Positions 38,686 to 49,166 of a DNA stretch of 64,000 nucleotides are shown piece after piece. The stretch's first letter is position 1. Every line of letters begins with the position of its first letter. The stretch covers positions 248,001-312,000 of the IMG/VR virus record IMGVR_UViG_3300031576_000001. One strand, given 5' to 3'. The position numbers and the translations under genes were made by a program. The notes under the pieces are model-generated. The model was given only the letters and a program-made list of their open reading frames with translations, had not been told where the DNA came from and did not search any database.

Positions 38686-39486
38686 GAAATCAGCGTCATG
38701 GTTCTCTTCAGTGACCACGTTCACGTCTTTGTGCCCTTTGATGTCCCGGTCGAGGATACCATCGCAATAGCGGCGCACATCTTCGTAATGGTAGACAGCC
38801 ATACGCCAACGCATAGCGTCAAGCACACCAGCGCCGTCGTTGGGGTTGTAGGTGTCCTTGAAGAGCACCCGGAACCGGAAGAGGGTGTGAGCGGGTCTCA
38901 GCACGTCAATAAGCTGGCGCAATGCTGCGTCAAGGTTGAAGAAGTCCGGCGGAAAGCTGTTGTCGTCCAGGGTGATCGTAAAACCCCACTGGTCTGAAAT
39001 GTCCAGACCGGACGCCCCCCCTCTTAGCAGCAAGAAGTTCTCGGCTATGGTTACCGTCTCTGCAAAGAGAAGCTGGCTAGCCGATAGCATGGTGGACGGT
39101 ATGCTGCCCGAGAAGTAAAGCCGGAGGACAGACAGGAAAAACCTGCGAAACTCCTCTGAGTCAAAGCCCACCTTGGGCAACTTACCGTTGAGAAAGAGCA
39201 AGTAGCCGATTACCTGATAGAGAAACTCTGGGCGTGCAGTAAGTGCTGAGCGGTCCCTGTCCACGTCCTCCAGGGCTAGCTCTAGCCTGGCTATCTCGGT
39301 GGCGATGGCCTTCAAATCCAGCGTATAATTGCTCCCCTCCACCGATGAAATGTACGACGATGGAAGCAGATTCAAGAGCGTAGAAAAGATGGAGCTACCC
39401 CGTTGAACAAGACGTAGCTGAAATTCCTTGCCCTTCTGCGGGACCGAGAAGTTTTGCCTGAGAGGGTCTGTTTCAAATCTGGCCAT
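38683..39486 (-). CDS. Baseplate wedge-like protein; ends at TTA 38685-38683
   Basis: LLPSSY and LRPAHT motifs typical of contractile-tail wedge subunits. Confidence 0.6.
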
Positions 39487-39528
39487 ACTTAGCGTTCCTC
39501 GGGGAGTGAAAGGGTGTACTGTAGACTC

Positions 39529-40026
39529 ATGACCCCTGACGCTGCCCTTGTCGAAGAGGCACGGACCACGACGGATGAGAAGCGCATCCGTGAGCTAGCC
39601 CTGGGATACGCGCTCTGCGTCCTTGCCCTCGCAGAGAACCCGGCGACGCCCAAAGACCTCTTGGGTGATTTTCTCCAGAATTGGCAGGGCTACTTCCACC
39701 AGGGTCACCTAGAGAGGGCGCTAGCCAAGAACCCCAACCTACCGGAGGACACGCTGTACGCCCTTCTCGTTCTGGGGTGGGTGGACACCCACAACCCCCT
39801 CTGGGCACTCTTGTTCTTGCTAGACCCCTCACTGGCGCGTTTTCACGAAAAGTTGCACTGGGCTCTCGGTACGAAAAGCATGGCAGACGCCCCCGAGGGC
39901 TTTGCCTACGCTGTCCTTGCTTCGCTGCCGGCGGGGCGCGTCCTGCGTATCTTGCGCCCAGCCTACTTGCGCTGGCGCGCTCGCCCTGACCTGGACGTGG
40001 CTCGTCGGTTTCCAGCGCTCACCTGA
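39529..40026 (+). CDS. Leucine-rich-variant (LRV)-like repeat protein
   Basis: ALAENPATP / ALAKNPNLP repeats. Confidence 0.6.
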   Translation: MTPDAALVEEARTTTDEKRIRELALGYALCVLALAENPATPKDLLGDFLQNWQGYFHQGHLERALAKNPNLPEDTLYALLVLGWVDTHNPLWALLFLLDPSLARFHEKLHWALGTKSMADAPEGFAYAVLASLPAGRVLRILRPAYLRWRARPDLDVARRFPALT

Positions 40027-40246
40027 ACCAGAGCACGGACGCCAAGAAGAAGCTAGCGAAGACCCACGAGAACAAGACGACGTACATAATGAACGCCAGC
40101 GCCAAAAGGTACCTGTTGAACGTATGCCAAGGGTGACGGCGCCACCAAAGACGAGCCAGTGTGCCTCTCAGTACCCCCCTACAAAGCCTCCCAAGAGGCG
40201 TAGGGTGTGCCTTGGTTTGTCTGGGTCCACGGTAGGCTTCGTGCAT
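40019..40246 (-). CDS. Small membrane protein
   Basis: AGGAG RBS; C-terminal TM helix. Confidence 0.45.
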   Translation of the reverse strand: MHEAYRGPRQTKAHPTPLGRLCRGVLRGTLARLWWRRHPWHTFNRYLLALAFIMYVVLFSWVFASFFLASVLWFR

Positions 40247-40295
40247 GGTGCTCCTGGTACTGTAGGAAAAGCTCTGCTACCTTGAGTGTAACTGA

Positions 40296-40784
40296 ATGTT
40301 CACACCCAATCCTCAACAAGCTGCATTTTTCTCTGACCCTGACTGTCACGCTAGCCTTCGGTGGTTGCATAACGAAGAGGTGAGTAACCGCGGGACAGGA
40401 CGCACCACGGCGTTGGCGCACCTCTACTTCCGGCAAGCCTTTCTCGCTCCCGGCGTCTCGGTCAAGGTCTATGACCACCACGACACAGAGAGGCACCACA
40501 AGGGCCTAGCAAGGTTTATCCTTGATTTCGTCAAGGGTAGAGACTTCGCGGGCTACTGGATAGCCGTTGACCTACACGCGCACACCCTCGCCGCACTAGT
40601 GTCCAGCGTGACGAAACCAATGACTGCACCTAGAGAGGCGACGACTTACATACACACGACTCCAGCGACGTACAGCTCCACAGGTGTAGTTACCGTAGGA
40701 GCAACGATAAGCTACGGGGCTACCCACACGTTTACAACCATCCCCGTGAGCACTAACTTCGTACCGTTCACAATTACGCATTTA
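40296..40784 (+). CDS. Hypothetical protein; ends at TTA 40782-40784
   Basis: RGTGRTT motif; appears fused to the radical SAM gene only under the standard code. Confidence 0.55.
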
Positions 40785-40814
40785 CGCTCGGTGTGGCGGT
40801 GTACCCTAGCAGTC

Positions 40815-41984
40815 ATGCGAAGCCTGACCTTGCAGCATGAGGGTTACACTGTGTACTCCTCTCAGTTTGACGAGAAGACGGGCGCCCTGGTTAGAGCCAC
40901 GCGCGGTATCCCTCAGTCTTGGAAGCACGAGCGCGGCAAACTCGACCCCAAGGCTACCGAGGAGCACAAACTCTTCGCGAAGAGGTTCTCTACCCGGTTC
41001 TACGGGGGTCCGTGGTCCCCTGTCCCTGAGAGCGTAGACGTAAAGCTAACCTCGAAATGCAACTTCGGGGGGGAGGACGGGCCATGTGGGGAATACTGCT
41101 ACATGCAGTCAGAAAAGCGCGGCACACACGCACCCAAGGAGCTTATCGAGCAAGTCATCCTCGGCTTTGACCAGCCTCCTTACAGCCTAGCCTACGGAGG
41201 AGGTGAGCCAACGCACCATCCTGACTTCCCTTGGATACTCAGGAGAACCAAAGAGCTTGGCAGTGTGCCTAACTACACGACCAATGGCTCCTACCTCCCC
41301 CCTGGCGTGATTGAGGCTACCAATGAGGTTGTGGGGGGCGTCAGCATGACGTATCACCCCAAGACCGGGCGGGGTTGGTTTGAGAAGCGGTACGACGAGC
41401 TAAACAAAGCCCTCTCACCTCGCGTGCAACTCAATATCCAGGTCATCGTGGACAAGGACATTGAGCAAACACTATCCGACGTGAAACGTCTTGACCCCTT
41501 CGGGACGCGCAAGCTACCGGACAACCGAAGGAGCCTGGTTCTCCTGGCTTATTACCCCGACGTGGGGCGAGCCAGCCTGGAGAGGCTTATCTTGCGGCAA
41601 ACGTACCAGCGCCGGCTGCCAGCCATTCTCCAAGACCTGAGAGGTAACGGGTGGCGCGTAGCCTTCTCCGAGGGTCTCTTGCCTTACTTCCTCTCCCGCC
41701 CTGAGATCGGGGTGGATACCCGCATGGCCAGGCGAATGGAGGGCTTCTTCACCTGTTACGTGGACGACGCAGGCAGAATGAGCAAATCGTCGTTTGCCCC
41801 TCCCCAGGAAGACGCACCCACCGTGTACGATACCATGGCACAAGACCTCTGGGATGGTCTGCACGCCTGGGGGACTACGCCTGACGGGGAGGCTTGCGAG
41901 TCGTGCCCTCACCAGAACCGATGCAGCACGCCCACCACGTATAACTACAGCCTTTGTAGTTATGCCCCCCACAATCGGACCTGA
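40815..41984 (+). CDS. Radical SAM enzyme with C-terminal SPASM/twitch-like Cys motif
   Basis: KCNFGGEDGPCGEYCY, GGGEP, YTTNG, CESCPHQNRC; own GGTGTA motif 11 nt upstream. Confidence 0.85.
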   Translation: MRSLTLQHEGYTVYSSQFDEKTGALVRATRGIPQSWKHERGKLDPKATEEHKLFAKRFSTRFYGGPWSPVPESVDVKLTSKCNFGGEDGPCGEYCYMQSEKRGTHAPKELIEQVILGFDQPPYSLAYGGGEPTHHPDFPWILRRTKELGSVPNYTTNGSYLPPGVIEATNEVVGGVSMTYHPKTGRGWFEKRYDELNKALSPRVQLNIQVIVDKDIEQTLSDVKRLDPFGTRKLPDNRRSLVLLAYYPDVGRASLERLILRQTYQRRLPAILQDLRGNGWRVAFSEGLLPYFLSRPEIGVDTRMARRMEGFFTCYVDDAGRMSKSSFAPPQEDAPTVYDTMAQDLWDGLHAWGTTPDGEACESCPHQNRCSTPTTYNYSLCSYAPHNRT

Positions 41985-41990
41985 AGCCAG

Positions 41991-42398
41991 ATGACCCACG
42001 CAGAAGAACCCTTTGAACTGAGCGGAAACCTGGGTTTCATCACCAACTCCTCCTCGGTCATCTTTCACTTCCCTCTGAGCCTCTTGCAGCACCCCGACGT
42101 GGTAGCCGTGCTGACTGCCTTTGGCGTCACCGGGGGCGTGGTAGGTGACAACCTGTGGTCCAGAGACCACTGCGCCTCCCTCTTGGTCACACCCGAGCAG
42201 AAAGCAAAGGCCCTGGACGAGCTTCTCGGCAACGAGTACAGCAAGCCCGAGGGCACTGAGGCGCTCCTCAACCAAGAGGGCGTGGTGCTCGTTTACGGGG
42301 ATGAGTACGACTCTTTGCCCAGACTGCTCTGTACTATGATGCGCGACCTTGCCGAGACCCTTGGCGTGCCCCTGATGGAAAGCGTAGGCTTCAACTGA
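41991..42398 (+). CDS. GF(I/V)TNSSS-motif protein adjacent to the radical SAM gene
   Basis: LGFITNSSSVIF near the N-terminus. Confidence 0.6.
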   Translation: MTHAEEPFELSGNLGFITNSSSVIFHFPLSLLQHPDVVAVLTAFGVTGGVVGDNLWSRDHCASLLVTPEQKAKALDELLGNEYSKPEGTEALLNQEGVVLVYGDEYDSLPRLLCTMMRDLAETLGVPLMESVGFN

Positions 42399-42400
42399 CG

Positions 42401-42703
42401 ATGACCACGCCCCCTCTCCTCGACTACGCCCAGCGCACAATACGGTGGTTGCGGGGTCACCCCTCCCCCAGCCAAGAGATTATCCTACGGGCGCTCTCAG
42501 GGGTCACGTCGGTTCAAGTGTCCGCCCTGGTCAAGCTGGTTGACTCTCAACTCTCCCCCGCTACCGTCCACCGCGAGCTTGACGGTTTGGAGCGCCTGGG
42601 GTGGGTCTCCGTTGACCGTAGCGGACTCCGAGCCGTGCTACGTGAACAAGGGATGCTCACTATAACCCCTCTGGGCAGATCCGCGCTAGCACTGAGAGGG
42701 TAG
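42401..42703 (+). CDS. Winged-HTH-like protein
   Basis: LSPATVHRELDGLERLGWV...ITPLGR. Confidence 0.6.
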   Translation: MTTPPLLDYAQRTIRWLRGHPSPSQEIILRALSGVTSVQVSALVKLVDSQLSPATVHRELDGLERLGWVSVDRSGLRAVLREQGMLTITPLGRSALALRG

Positions 42704-42720
42704 CGGTGTATGATGGGCTC

Positions 42721-43995
42721 ATGCCATCGTGGTTTAGCGAGAACACGTCAGACAAGCAGCACTACAATCCAGGGCAAGTTTACTCCAACTTGCAGACCCT
42801 CTTTGAGAAGGACTGCCTGCGAAACGGTCGCACCTTCTCCGCTTGGGATCTGTCGGGTATACTCAGGGACGGAAGCTCCTTCGCTGCGTGGGAGAAGAAA
42901 ATAAAGTCCCTGGGTTTTGGCCGAGCTAGCTTTTACCGCTCGGACTGGGCTGAACTCACACCGGAACCGGAGAGCGAAACCGTGGTCACCGTGGTCTACC
43001 TCGGGGACCACGGGGTGGTGCAATACCAGGGTCCGCTGACCGGCACCCTTCGAGCCGTCAACGTGATCGCTAACGTGAGCGCTACCGTGAGCCAAGACAA
43101 GACGCGCGAAGAGATGCTCACGTTTCTCAGGGCTAACCTGCAAGAGCGACCTTCCAAAGAGACGGGGGCGCCCTTCCTGGCGACGACCGACTCACGCGGG
43201 GGGTTGACCTTCGAGCAAAACCTGACCAGCGTGGGCTCTCCCTGGGTACCCACTAACTACAGCAAAGAGGTTCGGGCAGCTTACAGCGCCATGCTACCTG
43301 CCTTCGCCTCTAAGAACCCCTCGGGCAAGCTGGTCATCCTCAACGGAGCGCCTGGCACTGGCAAGTCCTTCCTGCTTCAGGCATTGCTGTACGACACCCG
43401 GGATCGGTTTTGCCATATCATCATGCCGCCCTACATGATGCACAACATCACCGGACCCCAAACCATGTCCGCCCTGCTTCAGCACCGGAACGAAAACACG
43501 CGCAAGCGTACCGTCTTCTTCCTAGAGGACGCCGAGGACGCTCTCTTGGTACGTCAGGGCGATAACCACAGCGCGGTGAGCAACATCCTCAACCTGAGCG
43601 ACGGTATGATGGGGAAGATCCTCGACATACGGATCGTTGCCACCACCAACCGCAAGAAGGTTGAGCTAGACCCCGCCCTAATCCGTGATGAGCGCCTCTT
43701 GGCTCATATCTCCGTGGACCCCCTCTCCCCAGAGGAAGCCCGGGAAGCCTTTGATCACGTCTACCCAGAGAAGGCGGGTCAGTACACCCCGCACTACCCA
43801 ACCAGCCTGGCTACCGTCTACAAGACAGCCAAGTCAATGGGGTGGACAGCACCAGAGCCCGCCGATAAGCCCGCTTCTCGCGGTGTGGTGACCCAGCGCC
43901 AGATCGACCGAGACGAGGCTAAGGTCCGGGGACAATCCAAGGTAGGCGTTAGGGCACAACCGCGCAAACCCCACCTGGCAAGCGCCCCCAAGTTA
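42721..43995 (+). CDS. AAA+ ATPase; ends at TTA 43993-43995
   Basis: GAPGTGKS, FFLEDAE, LNLSDG, ATTN, DPALIR. Confidence 0.85.
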
Positions 43996-44310
43996 CCCCA
44001 GGCTAGGCGTCTCTTCGACAACGCAGCGGACCACGCCCCACTCTATGCACCGGAGAAGGTAAAGGGCGATAACCGCCTCAGTGGGGTAGGAAGGCCAGAG
44101 GGTTCCCTCGTCGTCGGTCGCCCACCAGTTTGTGGTGTCGCTGCGTATGTCCGCCAGGATCTCCTCAAGCGTCTGCGGACTCTCGCTACTTACCCAGTGA
44201 AAGATGCCCCCCGTCTCTCGCTCAAACCGTTTGTGCTCAGCCGGGTCTGCAACGCGCAAGAAGGCGCCAGCAAGGACACGTTGAAATCGGGCACGCACAA
44301 CGGGCGTCAT
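43993..44310 (-). CDS. Hypothetical protein
   Basis: ATGA-coupled to 44307; its TAA is the same 3 bp as the AAA gene's TTA. Confidence 0.6.
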   Translation of the reverse strand: MTPVVRARFQRVLAGAFLRVADPAEHKRFERETGGIFHWVSSESPQTLEEILADIRSDTTNWWATDDEGTLWPSYPTEAVIALYLLRCIEWGVVRCVVEETPSLG

Positions 44311-44528
44311 CGGGTATCCCCTGGGTAGGTCGGGGGGCGTGCGCCATCGTTTACGTCAAGAGCCAGGTCGTCTAGAGCCTCATTGATGTAACCCTTGACC
44401 GTGGTAATCAAGGCAGACTCACCGATGCAGCCCGTGTACAGCTTGCTATTCATAATAGCCTCAGCTAGCCGCAGACGTTCTGCTTTAAGAGCCCGGTCAA
44501 TGAGGGTCTGTACTTCTGCCTCGGTCAC
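44307..44528 (-). CDS. Hypothetical protein
   Basis: Coupled operon member. Confidence 0.5.
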   Translation of the reverse strand: MTEAEVQTLIDRALKAERLRLAEAIMNSKLYTGCIGESALITTVKGYINEALDDLALDVNDGARPPTYPGDTR

Positions 44529-44971
44529 TATAGCGCTCCACTCCTGGGTTTGGTTTTGCGCTCCCCCGTCAAGTAATCAAGAAGCGCGGTGCTCACCCTG
44601 TACCCCATAAGACAAGTAGCGGGCACCCTGAGAGCCCCTGAGAGGTTGTAGGCTGCGTGCCTGTGGTGCCCGTTCTCTAGAACCACGTCCAAGCGCCCGC
44701 CCAGGTAGGACACAAAAGTCACCTCGATAGGGTCCAGCACGACACCCTGACGCAGTTGGTCAAGGAAGAACCGTATGCGCCCGTGATGCCAGGCTCTCTC
44801 TGCCTCGGTCTGGTAGTCAGGGCGAAAAGCCTCTGGCTTGTATCGCTTGACCGGTATAGCGCCCTCAATCTGAGCCAAGGTTACGCCCCCAAAAGCGCAG
44901 AAGTTGCGCTTCGGTAGGCGAGTCGCAATGAGGTTGTGAACGAGGGCGCCTTTAGCTTTGAGGCGTAGCAC
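44528..44971 (-). CDS. ParB/Srx-like domain protein
   Basis: LDPIEV...LENGHHR. Confidence 0.55.
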   Translation of the reverse strand: MLRLKAKGALVHNLIATRLPKRNFCAFGGVTLAQIEGAIPVKRYKPEAFRPDYQTEAERAWHHGRIRFFLDQLRQGVVLDPIEVTFVSYLGGRLDVVLENGHHRHAAYNLSGALRVPATCLMGYRVSTALLDYLTGERKTKPRSGAL

Positions 44972-44977
44972 TCTGCC

Positions 44978-45415
44978 TCACTCCCCTCTCAGGTAACGCT
45001 CCAACCAAGCCCCCCGAAAGAGGTTCAGCGAGGCGCAAACCTGCAAACCCATGACTTCGGAGGGGAAAAACCACCCCGACCCCATGCTGGCGGTCAGATT
45101 CAGTTTCACAAACGGGGTGAGTCCTGTAACCCCGTAGTGCCGTATCCGGCAAGCCCGCCCAACGGTCGGTGGCACGAGATTGTGCTCCAAGAGGGGCTTT
45201 GGGTTGACTCCACCGTCCAGGGGGGACCAACCTAGCTCCTCAGTCAACTCACGCTTTAGTGCGGTGTAGTCGTCCTCACCGGGCTCAACCTTGCCGCCAG
45301 GGCACTCCCACTTACCCCCCAGTCGGTCGTCGGAGGGTCGCCTCTGCGTCAAGAAGATACGACCCCCCCAGGAGAGGATGGCACACACCACGTTGATGAC
45401 CGGTCGGTTCGTCAC
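44978..45415 (-). CDS. Nudix hydrolase (MutT-like)
   Basis: GKWECPGGKVEPGE....ALKRELTEELG Nudix box. Confidence 0.9.
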   Translation of the reverse strand: MTNRPVINVVCAILSWGGRIFLTQRRPSDDRLGGKWECPGGKVEPGEDDYTALKRELTEELGWSPLDGGVNPKPLLEHNLVPPTVGRACRIRHYGVTGLTPFVKLNLTASMGSGWFFPSEVMGLQVCASLNLFRGAWLERYLRGE

Positions 45416-46011
45416 TGGCAAAACCTCTCAGCAGAGAGACTGGCGTAGGTCTGCCACGTAGAGCCCTCTTTTAGCTTTGGGCGGTGCTCACACCAGCCGA
45501 AAATCTCGAAACGGGCGCAGTCCTCGCTCATACCGCAAGGGGGGTAGTACCAGCACACATCGCAAATCCTTGCACCCGCAGGCTCGGCTAGCTCGTGCGA
45601 ATAATGGTGCAGGTTAGGGTGCGTCACTACCCCTGAGCACTCCTCACAAGGGCAAAAACAGCACGGCGAAGAGGGGGGTGCGTCCAGTAGCTCCCTCACG
45701 GGGGTGCGCAGTCGCCAAGCTGGCGTCTGTCCAGGGGGCTTGGGTACAAGGTAAGAGACCTCCCCGCTAAGCAAAGCCTCGCTTAGTTGCCTCGCGTCCG
45801 GCAAAGTGCTCGTGTAACCCGTGATTTCAAAGAGGCGCTCGTCGAAAGAGACCTCCCCGAGGTAGCGCGTCAAGCGTGAACCGTTGTCTTCAATCTCCGC
45901 GACTTCCTCCAGGGCTACCCTACCTTCGCCCAGGAAGTGAGCCACACGTCCCGTAGCCACAACCACGGAGAACCACCGCCCTTGGTAGTCTGCTAGCGTG
46001 CAGTCGGTCAC
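45412..46011 (-). CDS. Cys-rich hypothetical protein
   Basis: GTGA-coupled; CPCEEC, CDVC and CEHRP. Confidence 0.5.
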   Translation of the reverse strand: MTDCTLADYQGRWFSVVVATGRVAHFLGEGRVALEEVAEIEDNGSRLTRYLGEVSFDERLFEITGYTSTLPDARQLSEALLSGEVSYLVPKPPGQTPAWRLRTPVRELLDAPPSSPCCFCPCEECSGVVTHPNLHHYSHELAEPAGARICDVCWYYPPCGMSEDCARFEIFGWCEHRPKLKEGSTWQTYASLSAERFCQ

Positions 46012-47741
46012 GTTGCTTTCCCTTGCGGAGCCAAGAGATACCATTGACGGTGGTCGGTACGGTACCGGGCCACTTGCACAACACAGCGAGGTACGGATGG
46101 GTCCGTGTACACATCCCGTAGCCCCTTGTAGGTCTGGCGGTCAACGATCACCGAGCCCTCGTACCAAGTGTCACCTTGGTAGTGCTCCCTCGGAGGAGCC
46201 TTACGGATCGACAACAAGGGCAGGTTGCTGGGGTGTACGAAGAGGCAAAAGTGCCCCTCTAGGGCGAGAATCTCTTCCATTGTGTGTGCTGTACGCAACC
46301 CCATCAGGGACGAGCCATCAGGGACGAGCAGACTTACAGCCCGATTAAGACCAGCACGGAGCGAACCCAGCGCCTCTTGCGCCACAGAAGCACGCTCGAT
46401 GACCTCCTCTGCCGTGAGCGAGTCAAGGTCAGCGTACCACACAACCTCCCCAAGAGGGCTTTGCTCAGGCGCCTCCTCACTGTTGAAGGCTTTCTCTACA
46501 GCCTCGGTTACCAGAATAACCTCAGCGGGCTCTGTTTCGGTGACGGGGGGAGGGGGAACCGTACTGTCAATCTCAAGAGCCGCTGCTGGCGGTACCCACG
46601 GCTTCGTGCGATTCAGGAAGGCCGAGCGAAGAACCGTGGTCTCCCCAAGGAAACGCTCACCCTCGTCAAAGAAGGAAAGCCTGAGCCTGGGGAGCCGCTT
46701 GGTACCTGCATAGCCCAGAACCTTGAACTTGAGCGCCGGACTGGACCAGCTTGACACACCCCCCACTGCGGGCAGCTTGGAGCCAGGCAGTAGGACGTGA
46801 CGGGAGCCCACCTCGGGCTGAACCCCCTCAGCCGGCGCACCTCCCAAGAGGCGAGCACGGTGGATCTTCGCGGGTTGAACCCTCTCCGTGGACTTCAGGA
46901 ATTCCTTCAAGGCCCAGGTGTCTTTCGCGGGCCTATGTTCGCCCGGCTTACCCCAGGTGACCGTACCCTCAACGTGCTTGTCGTTCACGACCCGTACCTT
47001 GATCCGAGGGCTCCCATAATCATCCCACGTTCCACCGTCCACACAAGCCAGCTTGCGACCGGGCTTGAGCCGGTACACCGCACCCACCACAGGAGTGTCG
47101 GCGCCCTTGGGCTCGGGCTTTGCTTTGACAGACACGGCTGGTGCCTCTACCGGAGCGCTCTTGTCTTGGGTTGGGGTGCTGGGCAAAGCCTCTGGCTTGG
47201 CAGGCGCAGCCACAACACGCTCGGTCGTCTTCAAGAACTCGTCCAGGGTGATGCAGTCAATCCGGTCAGGACGGTCTACGCTCACCTTGACGAGGGGCGT
47301 TCCGTCCTTGAAGGTCTCCACCGCTAGCACGGTAAACTGGCTTAGGTAGCTCCAGTGCCCCGAGTAGTACCCTGACGCGGCGTGCGACCAACACTTATTC
47401 TCCCTCACAGCGTACTTCGCTCCCACTACCACCCCGTGCGTGTCCACTGGGTCAGCCTGCGCCTGCGGGGGAGAGGGAGAGGGTTTCTCAACCATGGTAG
47501 CCAGGAAGTTCTTGAGGGACACCCTGTCCATTTGAGTTACCATATCCTCTCCGGTAACTTCAACAGTGAGCACCGTCTCACCCACCGAGAGAACACGGAA
47601 CCGTCGCCCGGTGTCAGACCACCACCCCCCGTCCAGCATCCTCAACTGGCAACCCTGCTCAATAGCCCACACAGAGCCTACCGAAGGTACCGCGGGCGTC
47701 CCCGTTGCCTGAGAAACCCCTTCACTCTCTTGCTTCTTCAT
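46008..47741 (-). CDS. Repeat-module hypothetical protein (paralog of 47777)
   Basis: Repeated VG..Y...G.W..F.V modules; shared C-terminal T.EEV...A.EAL.SL domain. Confidence 0.65.
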   Translation of the reverse strand: MKKQESEGVSQATGTPAVPSVGSVWAIEQGCQLRMLDGGWWSDTGRRFRVLSVGETVLTVEVTGEDMVTQMDRVSLKNFLATMVEKPSPSPPQAQADPVDTHGVVVGAKYAVRENKCWSHAASGYYSGHWSYLSQFTVLAVETFKDGTPLVKVSVDRPDRIDCITLDEFLKTTERVVAAPAKPEALPSTPTQDKSAPVEAPAVSVKAKPEPKGADTPVVGAVYRLKPGRKLACVDGGTWDDYGSPRIKVRVVNDKHVEGTVTWGKPGEHRPAKDTWALKEFLKSTERVQPAKIHRARLLGGAPAEGVQPEVGSRHVLLPGSKLPAVGGVSSWSSPALKFKVLGYAGTKRLPRLRLSFFDEGERFLGETTVLRSAFLNRTKPWVPPAAALEIDSTVPPPPVTETEPAEVILVTEAVEKAFNSEEAPEQSPLGEVVWYADLDSLTAEEVIERASVAQEALGSLRAGLNRAVSLLVPDGSSLMGLRTAHTMEEILALEGHFCLFVHPSNLPLLSIRKAPPREHYQGDTWYEGSVIVDRQTYKGLRDVYTDPSVPRCVVQVARYRTDHRQWYLLAPQGKAT

Positions 47742-47776
47742 CGTATGACTCCTGGCGATAAACTACACCGTGACAC

Positions 47777-49102
47777 TCAACCTACCACAAAGAGACACCA
47801 CCGACCACCCTGGTACTGCTCCGTAAACGTGTGCGTGACACCTACCACGGCTATCCTGGGGGGCAATCGCGCGTCCGTATGAACGTACACCCAAGAGCGC
47901 ATTCCCTTGAGCCGATGCCTGCCCACAGACTTCCACTCCCGGGCTGCACCCGCAACCACCCCCCCCTGCTTCTCAAAACTGGGCGCCAAAGCCGTCCAGT
48001 CCACAGGGTTGAAGACTACATGACCCCCAGCAGCCCCCGTCAAGTTGATAACCTCAGAGACCGTATGCGTCCGCGTCATCAGGTCCAGCCCCCCTGACGT
48101 GGGTGACAAGAGACCCACAGCCTCTCGGTACGACGCCTCAAGAGACTGCAAAGCCTCTCGGGCTACGCCGGCTTGCTGTACAACCTCCTCCCGCGTCATG
48201 AGCCCCACGTCGCGCCACCACGGACGAGGAGCATCCACGCTAGGCGCCACACCCAGCGAAACCCAGCCCCTAGAGACCCCACAGGCCAGGGAGGTAGGCT
48301 CAGCTTTGACTACGGAACACTCAGAAGTCGGCTCAGCGTGAGGCACACCCTTGAGGAGGTCCATGTGGCGGCGCAAGTCCTCGACCAAAAACACGTCCTC
48401 ATCTTGCCCACCCCTGCAGATTGACGGACCCAGGACCGTAACACGGACCAAAGGCGTGCCGTCTCGGTACACACCAAGACAAACCACCCGAAAACCATCG
48501 GGAATATCCCCGTCCCGCCACATACCCGAAAACGTCTCGGATGATGAGTGTGACTGCACACCACACCCCTCCCTCACCACGTAAACCTCCCCAACACGAG
48601 GAAAAAGAAGCACCGTCTCACGCAAGAAGTGCTCCCCCTCGAAAAACACGGCGGTCGCCGCCCCACCCACCAGCACCATCACGCCAAGCAGACCCCCTCC
48701 CTCCGCAACCTCAAGAGCCATCACCACCCCCCCGGGGTACGGCTTCGTCCTACGTAGCACGCCCACCGTCGCAAGAAGCCTCTCCCGCAAAGAGACAACC
48801 TCCTCTTTCGGGCTGCCTTGCATAGGCTCATCGCCCACAGGGACCGTCAGGTGCAAAAAGTCCTCCCGCAACACAACGTCGTACTCCTCATCACCGCCAA
48901 TCCTGCAGACCCGGAGATGCACCACGTCCACCCCCGTTTTGAGAGTGCCCACCCCCGCCACCGTGAACCGAGTAGACTCAGACCCCCACGAGCACTGCCT
49001 AGGAGTCTCAGGGGCGCTCCTCAACACGCCCACAACTACCCCGTCAGCACCTAGCCTCAACCGGTACACGCCGCCTAGCACCACCTTAGCCTTCTCGCTC
49101 AT
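47777..49102 (-). CDS. Repeat-module hypothetical protein (paralog of 46008)
   Basis: Shared DGTPLV.V motif and C-terminal domain. Confidence 0.6.
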   Translation of the reverse strand: MSEKAKVVLGGVYRLRLGADGVVVGVLRSAPETPRQCSWGSESTRFTVAGVGTLKTGVDVVHLRVCRIGGDEEYDVVLREDFLHLTVPVGDEPMQGSPKEEVVSLRERLLATVGVLRRTKPYPGGVVMALEVAEGGGLLGVMVLVGGAATAVFFEGEHFLRETVLLFPRVGEVYVVREGCGVQSHSSSETFSGMWRDGDIPDGFRVVCLGVYRDGTPLVRVTVLGPSICRGGQDEDVFLVEDLRRHMDLLKGVPHAEPTSECSVVKAEPTSLACGVSRGWVSLGVAPSVDAPRPWWRDVGLMTREEVVQQAGVAREALQSLEASYREAVGLLSPTSGGLDLMTRTHTVSEVINLTGAAGGHVVFNPVDWTALAPSFEKQGGVVAGAAREWKSVGRHRLKGMRSWVYVHTDARLPPRIAVVGVTHTFTEQYQGGRWCLFVVG

Positions 49103-49166
49103 ACCCCCCACCTTACACCAAGACCGAGAAGCCCCACGCCCCCGTAAGCACAAAGAAGCCTACCCC

